A stretch of 64,000 nt of DNA from Amoebophrya sp. A120 (taxonomy: Eukaryota; Protista; Dinoflagellata), in NCBI GenBank assembly GCA_905178155.1, contig CAJINV010000004.1:9940385-10004384 (forward strand), in the 5' to 3' direction. Of the stretch, positions 12,801 through 23,525 are shown piece after piece. The translations under genes were made by a program, and so were the position numbers. The notes beneath the pieces were generated by a model that saw only the letters and a list, made by a program, of their open reading frames with translations, did not search any database and had not been told where the DNA came from. Position 1 is the stretch's first letter, and each line of letters opens with the position of its first letter.

Positions 12801-14049
12801 ATGCAGTGCAAATATGTCTGGGTCTGGAAGCTTTCAACTTGTGATGCTATGCTTCGACTCCAAAAAAATCTGTATTGCATGACCAGCCAGAGGAGTTCAG
12901 TTTGTGCTACGCAGAGAGGGCATTTCTCATGCGGGTCAGGGATCAAGTTCAAGAAGGCCTCAGAAAACCTTTGATGCTAGAGCATACATCACAGATATGA
13001 TGGACTATGCAAAATGTGCATGACAAACTTGGCTTCTGCCAGACCCAGACATGTTTGCAATCCATAGGCCAACCCCTTTTCCATCACGTCCTTGCTGCTG
13101 GAGTACCAGGCCAACTGCTTCGAAACCAACAGCGACCACTGCACGCCCTTAGATGTGTATGAGAGTGCACAACTCCCCCTCCCCCTCATTTCAAGGGCAT
13201 AAACAGCAACACAAGTCCTGGCATCAACGCAGCTTTTGCATGACAAATTTTCGACCGATTCTACTGCTGTTTCGGCTTCTGGAATTTGCCATGCAAGCAG
13301 TGCCAAAGGGAAAAGGGTGGATTAGCATTTGCTGTTTTGCATGACAAATGAGGGGGAGGGGGAGTTGTGCACTGTCATAATGTGGTGCAGCGTTCCAAGA
13401 ACCACCCGGCGCGAGACGCCTTGCTCTTGATTCTGCAACGGGAGTCGGAGCGGCAACAGCACGCGGAGAAGCAGCGGCAGGCGAGTGGTGCGGAGGGCGG
13501 CTCTATGACAGTGCACAACCCCCCCGCCCCGTGATTTGTATAGCATGAACGGCAATACAAGCGCCAGCGAGAATGCAGGTTTTGCATGGCGAATTTGCAC
13601 AGGATTGTCGTGCTATTATTTGGGCTGCCAGAACTTGTCATGCAAACAGTGCCAAGATAGAGGCACAGCCTGGATTGGGCATTTCGCATGACAAATGAGG
13701 CGGAGGGGGAGTAGTGCACATTCATAGGCTCTTCCAGTGGCGAAGAGGTGGACATCACGATGTCGGAGCGGTCGGCAGAAAAACTACTGGGCCACGACAC
13801 GATCATATCGCAGGAAAAAAGTGGTACAGTGCAGGCAAAGCAAGACAGACAAGCTCTCTCATGCCGGATATGCATAGGAGCCTCGTTTCATAGGTGTTTT
13901 GCCGTAGGATTTCTGCATTACAAGTTTGCTCTCTCATGCAGAGAAATTTGTGTTGCTGAATTGACAACAAATGTGTAACTGTAACTTTTTTCGTGGGATA
14001 AATCACTCGGAGAATCTGGGCGAGCCTGGCGGCGTTCATTGGGAGGTAG
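6890..14049 (+). CDS. WW-domain and ankyrin-repeat protein, about 1382 aa, 12 exons separated by 11 introners
   Basis: Two WW-like motifs (WRVG..LFFY..P; WRLV...PFYYN..P) and ankyrin repeats (TLVHYAC, APLHIVV, TALHMVSSLA|NPFSITSLLLEYQAN..CTPLDV). Exons 6890-7980, 8153-8191, 8822-9146, 9414-10178, 10444-10513, 10839-10927, 11110-11968, 12212-12799, 13072-13157, 13385-13503, 13732-13805, 14006-14049 sum to 4149 nt, with one open frame ending TAG. Confidence 0.85.
7981..8147. mobile_element. TIR introner, family B
   Basis: TATGCATTGAAAAAGTATCGTAC...GTACGATACTTTTGCCCAGGATA; DR AGATC; frame restored. Confidence 0.9.
8192..8816. mobile_element. TIR introner, family D, carrying a nested insertion
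   Basis: About 38-bp imperfect TIR TATGGATGTGTCCGGTTCGAAATCGACAAAGTTGAAAT; DR GAGGC; sibling at 52392-52698. Confidence 0.9.
8415..8715. mobile_element. 301-bp insertion nested in an introner, flanked by a 13-bp duplication
   Basis: TGTCATGCGCCAC at 8402-8414 and 8716-8728; the motif is single-copy and the insert absent in sibling 52392-52698; internal (GT)n run. Confidence 0.7.
9147..9408. mobile_element. TIR introner, family A (inverted orientation)
   Basis: TATCGAATGCAAAAATGTCTGGGTCTGGAAG...CTTCCAGACCCAGACACTTTTGCAGTTGATA; DR CTGGA; 267-nt removal joins ORFs 8514 and 9363. Confidence 0.95.
10179..10438. mobile_element. TIR introner, family A
   Basis: Same TGTCTGGGTCTGGAAG TIR; DR CAAAG. 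Confidence 0.95.
10514..10833. mobile_element. TIR introner, singleton TIR type
   Basis: TATCATGAGGAAAAATGCCCCCTCCCCATATCGAAA...TTTCGATATGGGGAGGGGGGATTTTTCACTTCGATA; DR CCCCG. Confidence 0.9.
10928..11104. mobile_element. TIR introner, family B
   Basis: TATGAAGATGAACTGCAAAAGTACCGTAC...GATACTTTTGCACAGGATA; DR CGTCC. Confidence 0.9.
11969..12206. mobile_element. Degenerate TIR introner
   Basis: TAAGCAATCGCACACATC...GATATGTGCGCTGCATA; DR TGAGA; 243-nt removal joins ORFs 11164 and 12193. Confidence 0.8.
12800..13066. mobile_element. TIR introner, family A
   Basis: Family A TIR; DR GGCCA; removal rebuilds an ankyrin repeat. Confidence 0.95.
13158..13379. mobile_element. TIR introner, family C
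   Basis: TATGAGAGTGCACAACTCCCCCTCCCCCTCATT...AATGAGGGGGAGGGGGAGTTGTGCACTGTCATA; DR ATGTG. Confidence 0.95.
13504..13726. mobile_element. TIR introner, family C
   Basis: TATGACAGTGCACAA...GTAGTGCACATTCATA; DR GGCTC. Confidence 0.9.
13806..14000. mobile_element. TIR introner, A-tract type
   Basis: TATCGCAGGAAAAAAGT...ACTTTTTTCGTGGGATA; DR GATCA/AATCA. Confidence 0.8.
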
Positions 14050-14770
14050 AAGTTGGTCGCGAGGGCGGAATTGGCAGTTTGAAGAACTTTATCTTTTTTA
14101 GCAACAGCATGTGATTTTTACGACTCAAGTCCGGAAAAGCAAAACCGGGAAAGAGGCTGGAACAGTTCGTAGCAAAAACAGTCCATGCCAAAAACAGTTC
14201 ATGAATCTCTGCCATGCTTGGAAGCCTTCAACAAGTTCTATGGCGAGCAGCAACGAACCGAAGAAAGTCATCCTAACCCCAAAGTACTTAAACTCCACCC
14301 GCCTAGCAAGTGTACTGAAGTCACGAGTGTTCTCTTGGCCTGGCAGTTTTCTTGACAGACAGCAAACCAAACAGCAAAATGATCTACCTCCGGAATTTTC
14401 TACGCAGCAGCTACAGCGGTTGTTTATGTGAAAGAGTTCAGCCTGCAAATAAGTCTGTTTGCCTTTGTTGTTTCAAGAAACAGGAGCCACGACCGCGAGG
14501 GAGCTCCATCGAAAACCGCTTTTATACAGGAAACGACCTGGATTCAAAAGCGACGCAGCGCAACATTTGGAGGAGCGCAGATATTTCGCTGAATAGAATT
14601 TGTCCGCGTTTTGGCTATGTTCTTGCAAAGCTTTGCTCTTTCAGGATTGCACGAGACCACTGTAGTTACAACAACATAGATCATGCACCGAAACACGGCT
14701 TCGCCGGATCGCGGCGCGTTAGGCTCAGGATCGCACCCACCTCCACCAGTACCTTAGGTATTACAGCAAA

Positions 14771-15895
14771 ATGAGGCTAACATCAACCGTTTCATCTGAA
14801 AATGAACCCCGACCACACGATTCGCATGTAGTCGCTGATGCTCGGTCAGCTACAGAATCGGTGGCGCGCGGACGCGGACCCGGGACAACATCCCCACCAC
14901 CAAGAGCACCGGCGCAACCCCCGCCCCGGCGCCACCTCAACGTGTGGGTGCTGTGGTTTCTGGTCACGACCCTGCTGTCTATCGGTGTGTTTGCGATTCT
15001 GATTTTTTTCGTCGCAGACCAACTGGAGCCGCACGACTTCGTTTTTGTGGTTTTCGTCTCTTGTGTGGATCTGGTGATGATGGGAATCATGTTCTACAAA
15101 TTCTTCTTCGAGAAGGGGTCCGTGAAAGAAGGGGCTTTGTACGAACAGGATGCTAGAGACGTCCTACCTGGCCAAGCTCAAGACCACACAGCTGCTTCTC
15201 ACGACCTTTATCCCGGAATGAGGTCAGCAAGCACTGTTCATGATGATGCAGAATCACCAGAAGTAGACCAGGGAAACAAGAACAGCACGACAGCTGCCGG
15301 CGCAGGAGGATCTTTCCTGGAAGCAGAAACAGCTATGGATATGGTGCGTAGAAATAGCGACGCGCACAAGCGGATGAATTCCGAGCAGCTAGTGCAAGCA
15401 GATCATACGGGCCAGCAGCCGTCTGGGTCTGCGGAGGTCGTAACAGCCGGCGAAGAAGATCATGCCCATGATGAAAAACCCTCCTGGCGAGAGAAGTACC
15501 TGATTTTTTGCCATTTGCTCCTACCGCTGGAGCTGTTCTACGTCTGCGTGTTTTCCTCTTCGTTGGCGCTGATCGCTTTAGCGGTTTTTCTCCTGGTTGG
15601 CATACACGCGCAATGGTTTCATCGTTCCAGGACAAAAAACATTCCGTATTTCCGGTTGGGCGATAAACAGGATGAGAATATTATGCACCCGAGCCCGAGG
15701 AGCCAAGACCAATCGCCAGATAATCCATCTAGATCCACATCCACGAAGAGAGGTCCCTGTGTCATGGACGATTTTGGTGCGGCTATCCCGGCGTGCATGC
15801 GAGGGCCGGTTTTCGACCTCACGTCGTTTTTCGGATCGATTACCTTGCTTGGGATTGGGGCCTACCGGATCCTGGTGTATGCAAAGGTCGTTTGA
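14771..15895 (+). CDS. Hypothetical multi-pass membrane protein (374 aa), intronless
   Basis: About 5 hydrophobic helices (VWVLWFLVTTLLSIGVFAILIFFV; FVFVVFVSCVDLVMMGIMFY; LALIALAVFLLVGI; C-terminal helix). Confidence 0.7.
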   Translation: MRLTSTVSSENEPRPHDSHVVADARSATESVARGRGPGTTSPPPRAPAQPPPRRHLNVWVLWFLVTTLLSIGVFAILIFFVADQLEPHDFVFVVFVSCVDLVMMGIMFYKFFFEKGSVKEGALYEQDARDVLPGQAQDHTAASHDLYPGMRSASTVHDDAESPEVDQGNKNSTTAAGAGGSFLEAETAMDMVRRNSDAHKRMNSEQLVQADHTGQQPSGSAEVVTAGEEDHAHDEKPSWREKYLIFCHLLLPLELFYVCVFSSSLALIALAVFLLVGIHAQWFHRSRTKNIPYFRLGDKQDENIMHPSPRSQDQSPDNPSRSTSTKRGPCVMDDFGAAIPACMRGPVFDLTSFFGSITLLGIGAYRILVYAKVV

Positions 15896-17242
15896 CGATG
15901 CTGGCATATCGGAATCGCAAAGGCGTGTTTCCCTTGATCTTGTGGTCTGCGACGTAAATAGGCAGCAAAGTAGTATCTCCATCCATTAGCGCCGTTCTAG
16001 TATACTTAGTTCCAGTTGTAATTTCGAGCTGTGCTTCTGATGTGGCAATTAAAATTATGTTTCAGTTGTGTACTATGTTGAAAGTGTCACCTGCTGGGAA
16101 GTTTGTATTCGCCGATCACAGCAAAGTGTGCTGCAGCAGTTTCTACAAATCGTGCTGTGGGTGCTTGTACTCAGCAGCGAACATCCTACAGCGACGTATT
16201 CACACAACGTCGGAAACACTACCCGAGCTATTTACTTAAGTATTGTGGACGTTTTGATTGCAAAAGCGATCGGAGTATGCTTTTCTGCTCACTAAAGCGA
16301 TACGCTGACATCAATATCTTCAGGATCAGCGAGCAGCATGTGGTCGTCCTCGGGACGCGCAAAGCAACCTCGATGTTCGCTTTCTGAAATCGGTAATAGT
16401 GAAAGAGGAACAGCCTGTCGCATTAGGAAAAGAATATCTCGTCTGTACCTGCAAGAGCTACCACTACAGGCTGCCCACGCAGCACTATCAATCTGTTGCA
16501 CAGGAGACGGTTGCAGCTTGAACTTGAATGCACCTGCTGCGGAAAAGTCGGTCTACAAGCAAGTCTGTCAGTTCTTTTCAAGAAGTTGTAGCGAGGACTT
16601 CTGCGAGGTGCTGCTCCGCTACTTATTTCCCTCGGACTACACCGAAGACGGTAATATCAGACACTTGTCCTCTAGCTGCGCATGCTCTTCGGCATATCAG
16701 GTAAATCTACAAAAAGCAAGTCGGTTTATTGCGCGGTGTGTCCATTTCTACGTGTGTTTTTTTGAAGAAGTGAAGTGAGGAAATTGATATTGTACACATA
16801 CTATGTTGACCTTGACCAACCCAAGGAATAGGAATAACAGCTTCATCTCTTGAACCATGGCAGCACATTGACATTGTGTGTCATGCATTGTCTGTTGGTA
16901 CCTACTACCATGAATATCGCGATATGTTGTTTGGTCGAGCTTAAAGACCGGTGGTAGTTCCCGGATTTATTTTACTTGCTTATGCGGGGTAAATCGAATA
17001 AATCTAAATGTAAATGCAAATTGCCATTTCTGTCCCAGACTAGCGGCCTACGACATTTGTGTACGATAGACGTTTCCTTTGATTTTAGAATTTTCGTATA
17101 GCCGACGTTTACTCGGATCCCGCCGCGCCCGCGGCAGCGATTCTCGATTCCTGCAGGAGCCCAAGAAGGTGTACTTCTAGGACCTGTGTGCTCAACATCT
17201 TCACGACCCGCCCAGACAAAACCAGACCCCGTGCAGCGGACG

Positions 17243-20200
17243 ATGAGTGCTGGCACAGCTCCGGGACCACCCTACATCGCCCTCCCTGGTGGAGCTGGGG
17301 GCCTAGCACCCTCCAATATGGCAAACGCGAACAATGAAAAAAAGACCAACTCGCCTCCACCCCCGATATTGAAGGAGAACAAAATGCGTTTTAGCGACGA
17401 AAACAAACGAAAGCTGAGCTGTGTGATGGAGTCCATGACGGCGGAAAAGGTAATGCTTTTATGAAGGGCGTGAATTTATTTTGCATGCGTATTCTGCGTA
17501 CTTATCAAAAACAAAATCTTCGAATCTACAGGGATTGTACTTCCTTGCACCTTATTTCGTAAATTGCAAGATTTCATCGTCAATAAATACGACAGATCTC
17601 GGCACTCAAGACGTCCTTTCAGAACAAAAGCGCGCTGGGTAAGAACCTCATACCGGGTGCTATGAGAGTGCAGAGGATGAACTCCTCCTTCATTCGGCTT
17701 CTTGTCGCTGGAAGATCTGCAAAGAGTGCGCAACTACTTACGCTAGGCATTGCCTTTTGCTTCTAGCTGCGGTACCGCAATGGTGCGTAACAAGTTCTAT
17801 ACAGAAGTAGCAGAGCGAGAACTTCACTTCTAGCACCCCAAACTACGAAGAAGTTGCTGTTGCGATAGTAAGATTTATAGGCCGCGGACTTGTCAATGTC
17901 ATGCAGCAGAAAGTACAGACCTTGTTCTTCCGAGCGGCCCTTTTGACTGCTGGTCTTGCCTTCCGAATGGCCTACAACTGAAGGAGGAGTACTTGTGCAC
18001 TTCCATACCTGGCTCAGGTGCACAAGACGAGGCAACCAAGCAGGAAAAATCCTATGCCCAGAAAGTTGCAGAATGCGTCTCCGGGCTGGTCTCCTCGAAA
18101 AACGGCACCTTGATCGGACCGAGCAAGGGGGATGTGATCGGAGGGTTCACCCTCGGGCTGATACTCATGGCGCAGTCCGTTGCCCACGCGGGTCTTTGCG
18201 GTTTGAGTGGGGCGGACTTGATTCACGGGCCCTACAGCTGCATATTACCGCCGCTGATCTATGCGTGTCTCGGCTCCAGTCGCCACGGTTCGGTCGGGAC
18301 CGGGAGTCTGGTGGCGTTGCTGACGGGACAGTTCATCAAGAACGCGGAGATCAACAATCACCCAATAGCGGCACAGGTGAGTAGAACATGATGTGACATT
18401 TTTGCGACAGACGGCTAAGCTTCTTCTCCGCACAGAAGTGGTTGGCACTGTGATCTTCGAACAAAAATTATCGTTTGGTTCTTTTCTCATTCTTTATGCA
18501 AAAAGATGTTTTTTTATCAAATTCAAACATCACTGCAGGTCGTGTGCATGACCACCATAGTGGGGATCGTTTTGATCCTGATGCGGCTTCTCCAGCTCCA
18601 AGCGCTCGTGAAATTTCTCTCCCGCGCGGCCCTCGTCGGTTTCGTGTATGCGGTGCAAAAGTATCGTACTAGTATAAATTGCATGACAAATTTGCTCAGC
18701 ATTACAAATGAAATTTCTCATGCTGATTTACCTTGAGAAAGAGATTTGTCATGCATAATTGCAATTACTACGAGTGCGATACTTTTGCACTCCATATCGC
18801 GAACGCCTCCGCGATTCTGATCATCGAGTCCCAGTTCCGCGCCGTGATCGGGTTGAGAAAAGACCCCAACCAACCACAAGGGTTCCCGGGAAAAGTGTTT
18901 GATTTGGTGAAGCAGCTGATCAACCTGGACTTCGTGAACTGGCAGATCGGGGCCTTGGGTTTGGCGCAGTTGCTGCTGTTGTTCGCGGCGAAAAAGATCA
19001 GTAAGTCCAAGTGGATGAAAGACGCGGCGGAGCAGAAAAAGGGTTGGGTTCCGTTTCTGAAATTCATCTTCAAAATGAAAGATATCGTCGCGGTCTGCTT
19101 CGCATTCGCGGTCTCCTACGTGGTCACGGAAAACTACCCGGCTGTGGACCTGAACAACGTAGGTGCGTTGCAGTCCGGGCTCCCAGCAATGATCTTTCCA
19201 CCATCGCCAATAGCGGTAAAGATCGCGCCACCCGTTGTATTACCGTCAGACACGACCCCGCCGTCACGACCTGTTGACCCCTGCGACCCGAGTAACACCC
19301 CAGACACGGTTCTTTTCTACTTCGGTAGCGAAAACGCGGACGGCCACACCTCGTGCGTCCGCGTGTCCGGGTTGTGGCAACAGCTGCTTCCCGGCGGCGC
19401 GGTGGTTGCCTTTATCGCATTCCTGTCGTCATTTGCCGGCGCGAAGAAATTTGCCTTGCAGGACGGGACGTATCAGGTCGACGCGTCGAAGTATCTCAGA
19501 GAAAAAAGCCAGCATGTCATGCAGTGAGGATGCAAGAAGCAAGAGACGCGACGAGATAAGTATGTAGTTTTGTGTACTTCATTCATCGAGACGTATCTGT
19601 TTTTGCATTAATACAGTCGCTAGCTTTTTCTCTTCGATACGAAAGAATTGAACGCGCTTGGGACCGCGAATCTTCTCGGCTCGTTTTTCGGCGCCATCCC
19701 GGTGCAGGTCGGCTTGAGCAGAGTATGACATTGCACAAGAACTCCTGCTTCCCCTGCGACCCCTCATTGGTCTTGCCAAAATTATAAATCGAAAGTAACT
19801 TCTAATAATTTCCTTCTGAGGAGCATTACAGCATTCATAAAATTCAAAATCCAGGCGCTGCCGTGGTGGCGGTTCTTGCGGATTTACTGTCATGCGATGA
19901 AAGCTACATGTTTATTTCTAGTTGTGGCTGCAACTGAAGGTGAAGGGCAAGGAACATGGAGGGGAACTAGTCCTGGTTCTGCACCTTCATACCGCACCGC
20001 GATCGGCTACGAGGCCGGCGTGCAGTCCCAGTGGGGCGGGAACGTCGTGGTGGCCGTGATGGTGATTTTTCTCTCCCTTCTCTTCACCCCGATCTTCCAC
20101 TACGTCCCGCAGTCCACGCTCGCCGCGATTATCATTTCCGGTGCCTCGGGGCTGTTCGATTTCCAGATCGTGCGATACCTGTACAACATGGAGCCCGAAC

Positions 20201-22507
20201 TGTACAAGAAGCGCGGCTTTTGGATCAACATTGTGGCTTTCGTCGGAACGCTTCTTGTCGGCGTCGCGCAGGGCATTTTGGTCCCGGGGTTTCTCTTATG
20301 AAATGCAAAAGCATCGTACTAGTAGAAATCGCGTGACAAATTCCGTCAGCATAAAAAATGAAATTTGTAATGCGGCTTGAGGTTAAGAAGGAGATTTGTA
20401 ATGCATGACTGCGATTAGTACGAATGCGATACTTTTTTCAGAGGATTTCTCTCCGTCTTTTTGCTCATCAAGGACGCGACAAAACTGCGCGTGCGGGAAA
20501 TGGGAAAGCTACCGCAGTCGAATATGACAGTGCACAATTAGTCTCCTCTTTTCTTATTATTTTATTTTGGAAGGACAACTGCAACTGGAAAGAAGTGGCT
20601 GTTGAGTTTTGCATCACAGTTACAACCAGAACCATCTTAATTCACCAGAGTGGGGGACCACGAGTTGTGCACTAGCATATGGGAATCTTGGAGAACGAAA
20701 GACACTTGGAAAACAGCAAGATCTGTGCCGGACATTTTGGCGTTGCGGCTCGAGGGCAATCTATGCAATGCAAAAGCATCGTACGAAGTATAAATTGCAT
20801 TACAAATTATAATTGACTTAGCATTACATAATGCTGATTTACGTTGAGAAAGAGATTTGTAATGCATAAATACAATTACTACGCGTGCGATGCTTTTGCA
20901 GAGGATACAGTCTGACCTTTAGCAACGCGGATGCGCTGTTTGATGAGATAACGAAGCACGTTGGTATAATATGTTTTTTTGAAGATTTGATGAAAGAAAA
21001 GAAACAAATTTTAAACCCGGATAAACACGTAATGAGTGAATGAGTGAATGAATTTTTTAAGGAGGTAGGTTTTTTTTGCGTAGTTCTTCGAAGATGTTTC
21101 AAATTCATTCATTAGCGTCATGGAGCAAAGACCCTAGAGTTTCTATCGCATGAACAACAACAGAGGGCAACGGCGGGCTCGAGGGTGATGCCATCAAGGC
21201 TCTGGTTCTGGACATGGGCAACGTTGCGATCTGCGACTTCTCTGCCCTCGCGGTCTTGGAGGAGATGGCAGCAGCCTGGCGGAGGAAGAAGAAATTCCTG
21301 ATCATAGTGGCCACACGGGACAACATCCGCGAAAGATTGGAACGGTTACTCATGCCGCTGATACCCAACCCGTCACTGCTACTGAACACAGACGACGGGG
21401 TCACGCTCGCGAAATTTCTCATCACCGGGGAGGCGGCGACCCGACCAAGCTCGCCCGTAAGGAAAAGCTCGAAGGACCAAAGTATGGAAGCGCCAGGAGG
21501 TGGGAAATTTCGTCAAAATCGGAAAAGACTGCGATTTATTTGCATGCGCGCGGGCCCGCAACTTTGAAGGTGCGCAGGAAAAACAAGAAGCCCAAATCCA
21601 ATACACGATAGCAATACGGTTTGATGTATCTCCTGCTCCGAAATAACGCACTTCTTTTGCCATGCTCTTTCGCAATATCTCTGGCTACCATTGGCTGTGA
21701 CAGGCAACTGTACATTGTGTTCTGCAATGCAGACATTTCTTGGAAGCATATCATGTCATGCATCACAAACCAATCCATCGGGATTTTCGTTTTGCAACCT
21801 TTTCACGACCTGGCACTTCCATAGACGGCCAGCAGGGTTCCTTACAGAAAGTGGTGATAGAATACGACGAGAAGACGTCCGTAGGATCCGCATCGGTACC
21901 ACGGATTTTCATTTTTTTGTAGTTTTAAGTTTAGCATAAGCTATCACATTCACCGTCGATCTTCTTGCACATCCGGCTTATCATAGGTACATCGTAATCC
22001 CGAGGGATCCACCTCCGACATGTTGATGCAAAACACTCTACACAGATTCCACCGTCCCTGAAGTCTTTCGTCTGGGCAAAATTCAACGCGGACGAGCTTG
22101 ACGAGATGCACAGTGAGTTGCACAGTCGCTACGACGCCGTGGCCCACCGGTCTTCTAGCCGAGACAATGGCCCTTCGTCCACTAGTAGGGACACCGGTCC
22201 ACTAAATCAGCCTTTGCTCAGCACGAATGATAGATCGCAGTCCGCAGACAGTCCGCAGCGTGGTAACGCCCCCTTCTACCAGCCCACGCAGCGGCTGTCC
22301 GGTGCAAGTGTCGGGTCCGACGCGAGTCGATCGCCGGGGCAGGAAAGATGGACGAAACTCGGAACCTCAACCTTTTTTCAAAGTCGAAAGCTGAACGTGC
22401 TGGAATCGACGCGGTTAAACCGGGAATTTTCGGAAGTCGCGTTAACCCCGATAGCAGCGACGGCGAGCAACCCGGCTAATCCGAGCAGAGACAACCTGCT
22501 GCAGTAG
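17243..22507 (+). CDS. SLC26/SulP-family anion (sulfate) transporter with C-terminal STAS domain; multi-exon
   Basis: GDVIGGFTLGLILMAQSVAHA, LIYACLGSSRHGSVG, DASK|ELNALGTANLLGSFFG..GLSR, PQSTLAAIII, LRLEG.LTFSNA, LVLDMGNVAICDFSAL. Seven introners plus GT-AG introns (18377-18538, 20964-21163, 21896-22045). The 5' exon structure (17243-18016) is uncertain. Confidence 0.9.
18647..18796. mobile_element. TIR introner, family B
   Basis: TATGCGGTGCAAAAGTATCG...CGATACTTTTGCACTCCATA; DR TCGTG/TCGCG; restores GF(V/A)NASA. Confidence 0.9.
19492..19639. mobile_element. TIR introner, A-tract type
   Basis: TATCTCAGAGAAAAAAGC...GCTTTTTCTCTTCGATA; DR CGAAG/CGAAA; restores DASKELNALG. Confidence 0.85.
19724..19991. 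mobile_element. TIR introner with decayed DR
   Basis: TATGACATTGCACAA...TTCTGCACCTTCATA; flanks CAGAG/CCGCA; 5-nt rule restores GLSR(T/A)AIG. Confidence 0.75.
20297..20447. mobile_element. TIR introner, family B
   Basis: TATGAAATGCAAAAGCATCGTAC...CGATACTTTTTTCAGAGGATT; DR TCTCT; restores PGFLSVFLLI. Confidence 0.9.
20523..20679. mobile_element. TIR introner, family C-like
   Basis: TATGACAGTGCACAA...TTGTGCACTAGCATA; flanks TCGAA/TGGGA. Confidence 0.8.
20762..20907. mobile_element. TIR introner, family B
   Basis: TATGCAATGCAAAAGCATCG...CGATGCTTTTGCAGAGGATA; DR CAATC/CAGTC; restores the STAS motif G(N/S)LTFSNA. Confidence 0.9.
21483..21823. mobile_element. TIR introner with decayed DR, D-related
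   Basis: TATGGAAGCGCCAGG...CCTGGCACTTCCATA (14/15 match); flanks CAAAG/GACGG; 5-nt rule restores the frame. Confidence 0.8.
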
Positions 22508-23525
22508 CACTTGCTGCTCTTGTCATTGCATCCTCGGTTGCAATTTTGATTTTCCGGGAGAAGCGAAGTGGAAGGGTGGAGCAACTGCGGGGAGAAGCTC
22601 CTTCTGTCGTCGGTTTCTTCTGCTGTTGTGCTGCCACGCGTTTGTTCCTCTTCCCAAGCCGAAATTTAAATGAAAATCATGAGCATGTTTCAGTTTCGTA
22701 TGTACCACTTGATTTCCATTTCTATCCCCGCCCTTCGCGGACCAACATCGGCGGCGCGCGACGTGTACAAAACTCTTTGAGACGTGGGCGTTTCTTTTTA
22801 CCACGAACATCATCTACGTATTTACGAATCAAACAAGTAGAAGTACTACAACGCAATAAACATCAACGCAGAGATACCAAAAAAAAGGCGCAGCACCAAC
22901 TACCTGCTGGTAGTACGAGAAGCTGAATGAACGCAGACATACGTCTGTAGTTGGTGATCGAGTTTGTCTTTGTTCCTGCTCGTGTTTCGCTCTTTCCCGC
23001 CGCCCTTGATCGGACAGATTGCTATCGTCGGTAGGAAAAGGGAGAGCCACAGCCAACCCAAATCTTACATAGGCAATTAACGTAAGTGGACATCAAGAAA
23101 ACAAAATGAAAAACTCGTCGACCTCTATTGTGATCGTTCGAAGAGAGACGCGTCGTTTTGAGGGACCGATGGATGTTGCTTTTATTCAGAGAGTCGTCGT
23201 GCTACTTGTACTTCCGCTGCCTTCGCGTATCATTCGCTTCCTTGTGACAGGAGTTGGAGTATTTACGAGTCGTTTATCGTCCGGTGCTGCGTGTTACAAC
23301 TCTGCTTCAATCAGATCGATGCGTGACTAGAAGCGCTATGCTTCATAGCCCTGAAGATATTAAGCGAATACCAATTATAGCGAGGGGGGCGAACGCGAAA
23401 CAAGTACAACTTCTTTCGGAAGAACCAGAATCGTTTACCTCGTGACTGACAGACTGAGCAAGTTGACGCCCAAAACTCTTTTCTTTGACGGACAAAAAAG
23501 AACCTTGAATTTAAAGGCAACTAAC

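Noticed and set aside
7981-14000. CRISPR-like or retron-like repeat array
   Set aside because: The repeats are inverted pairs of several families with irregular spacing, separated by in-frame exons; there are no cas or reverse transcriptase genes and the context is eukaryotic.
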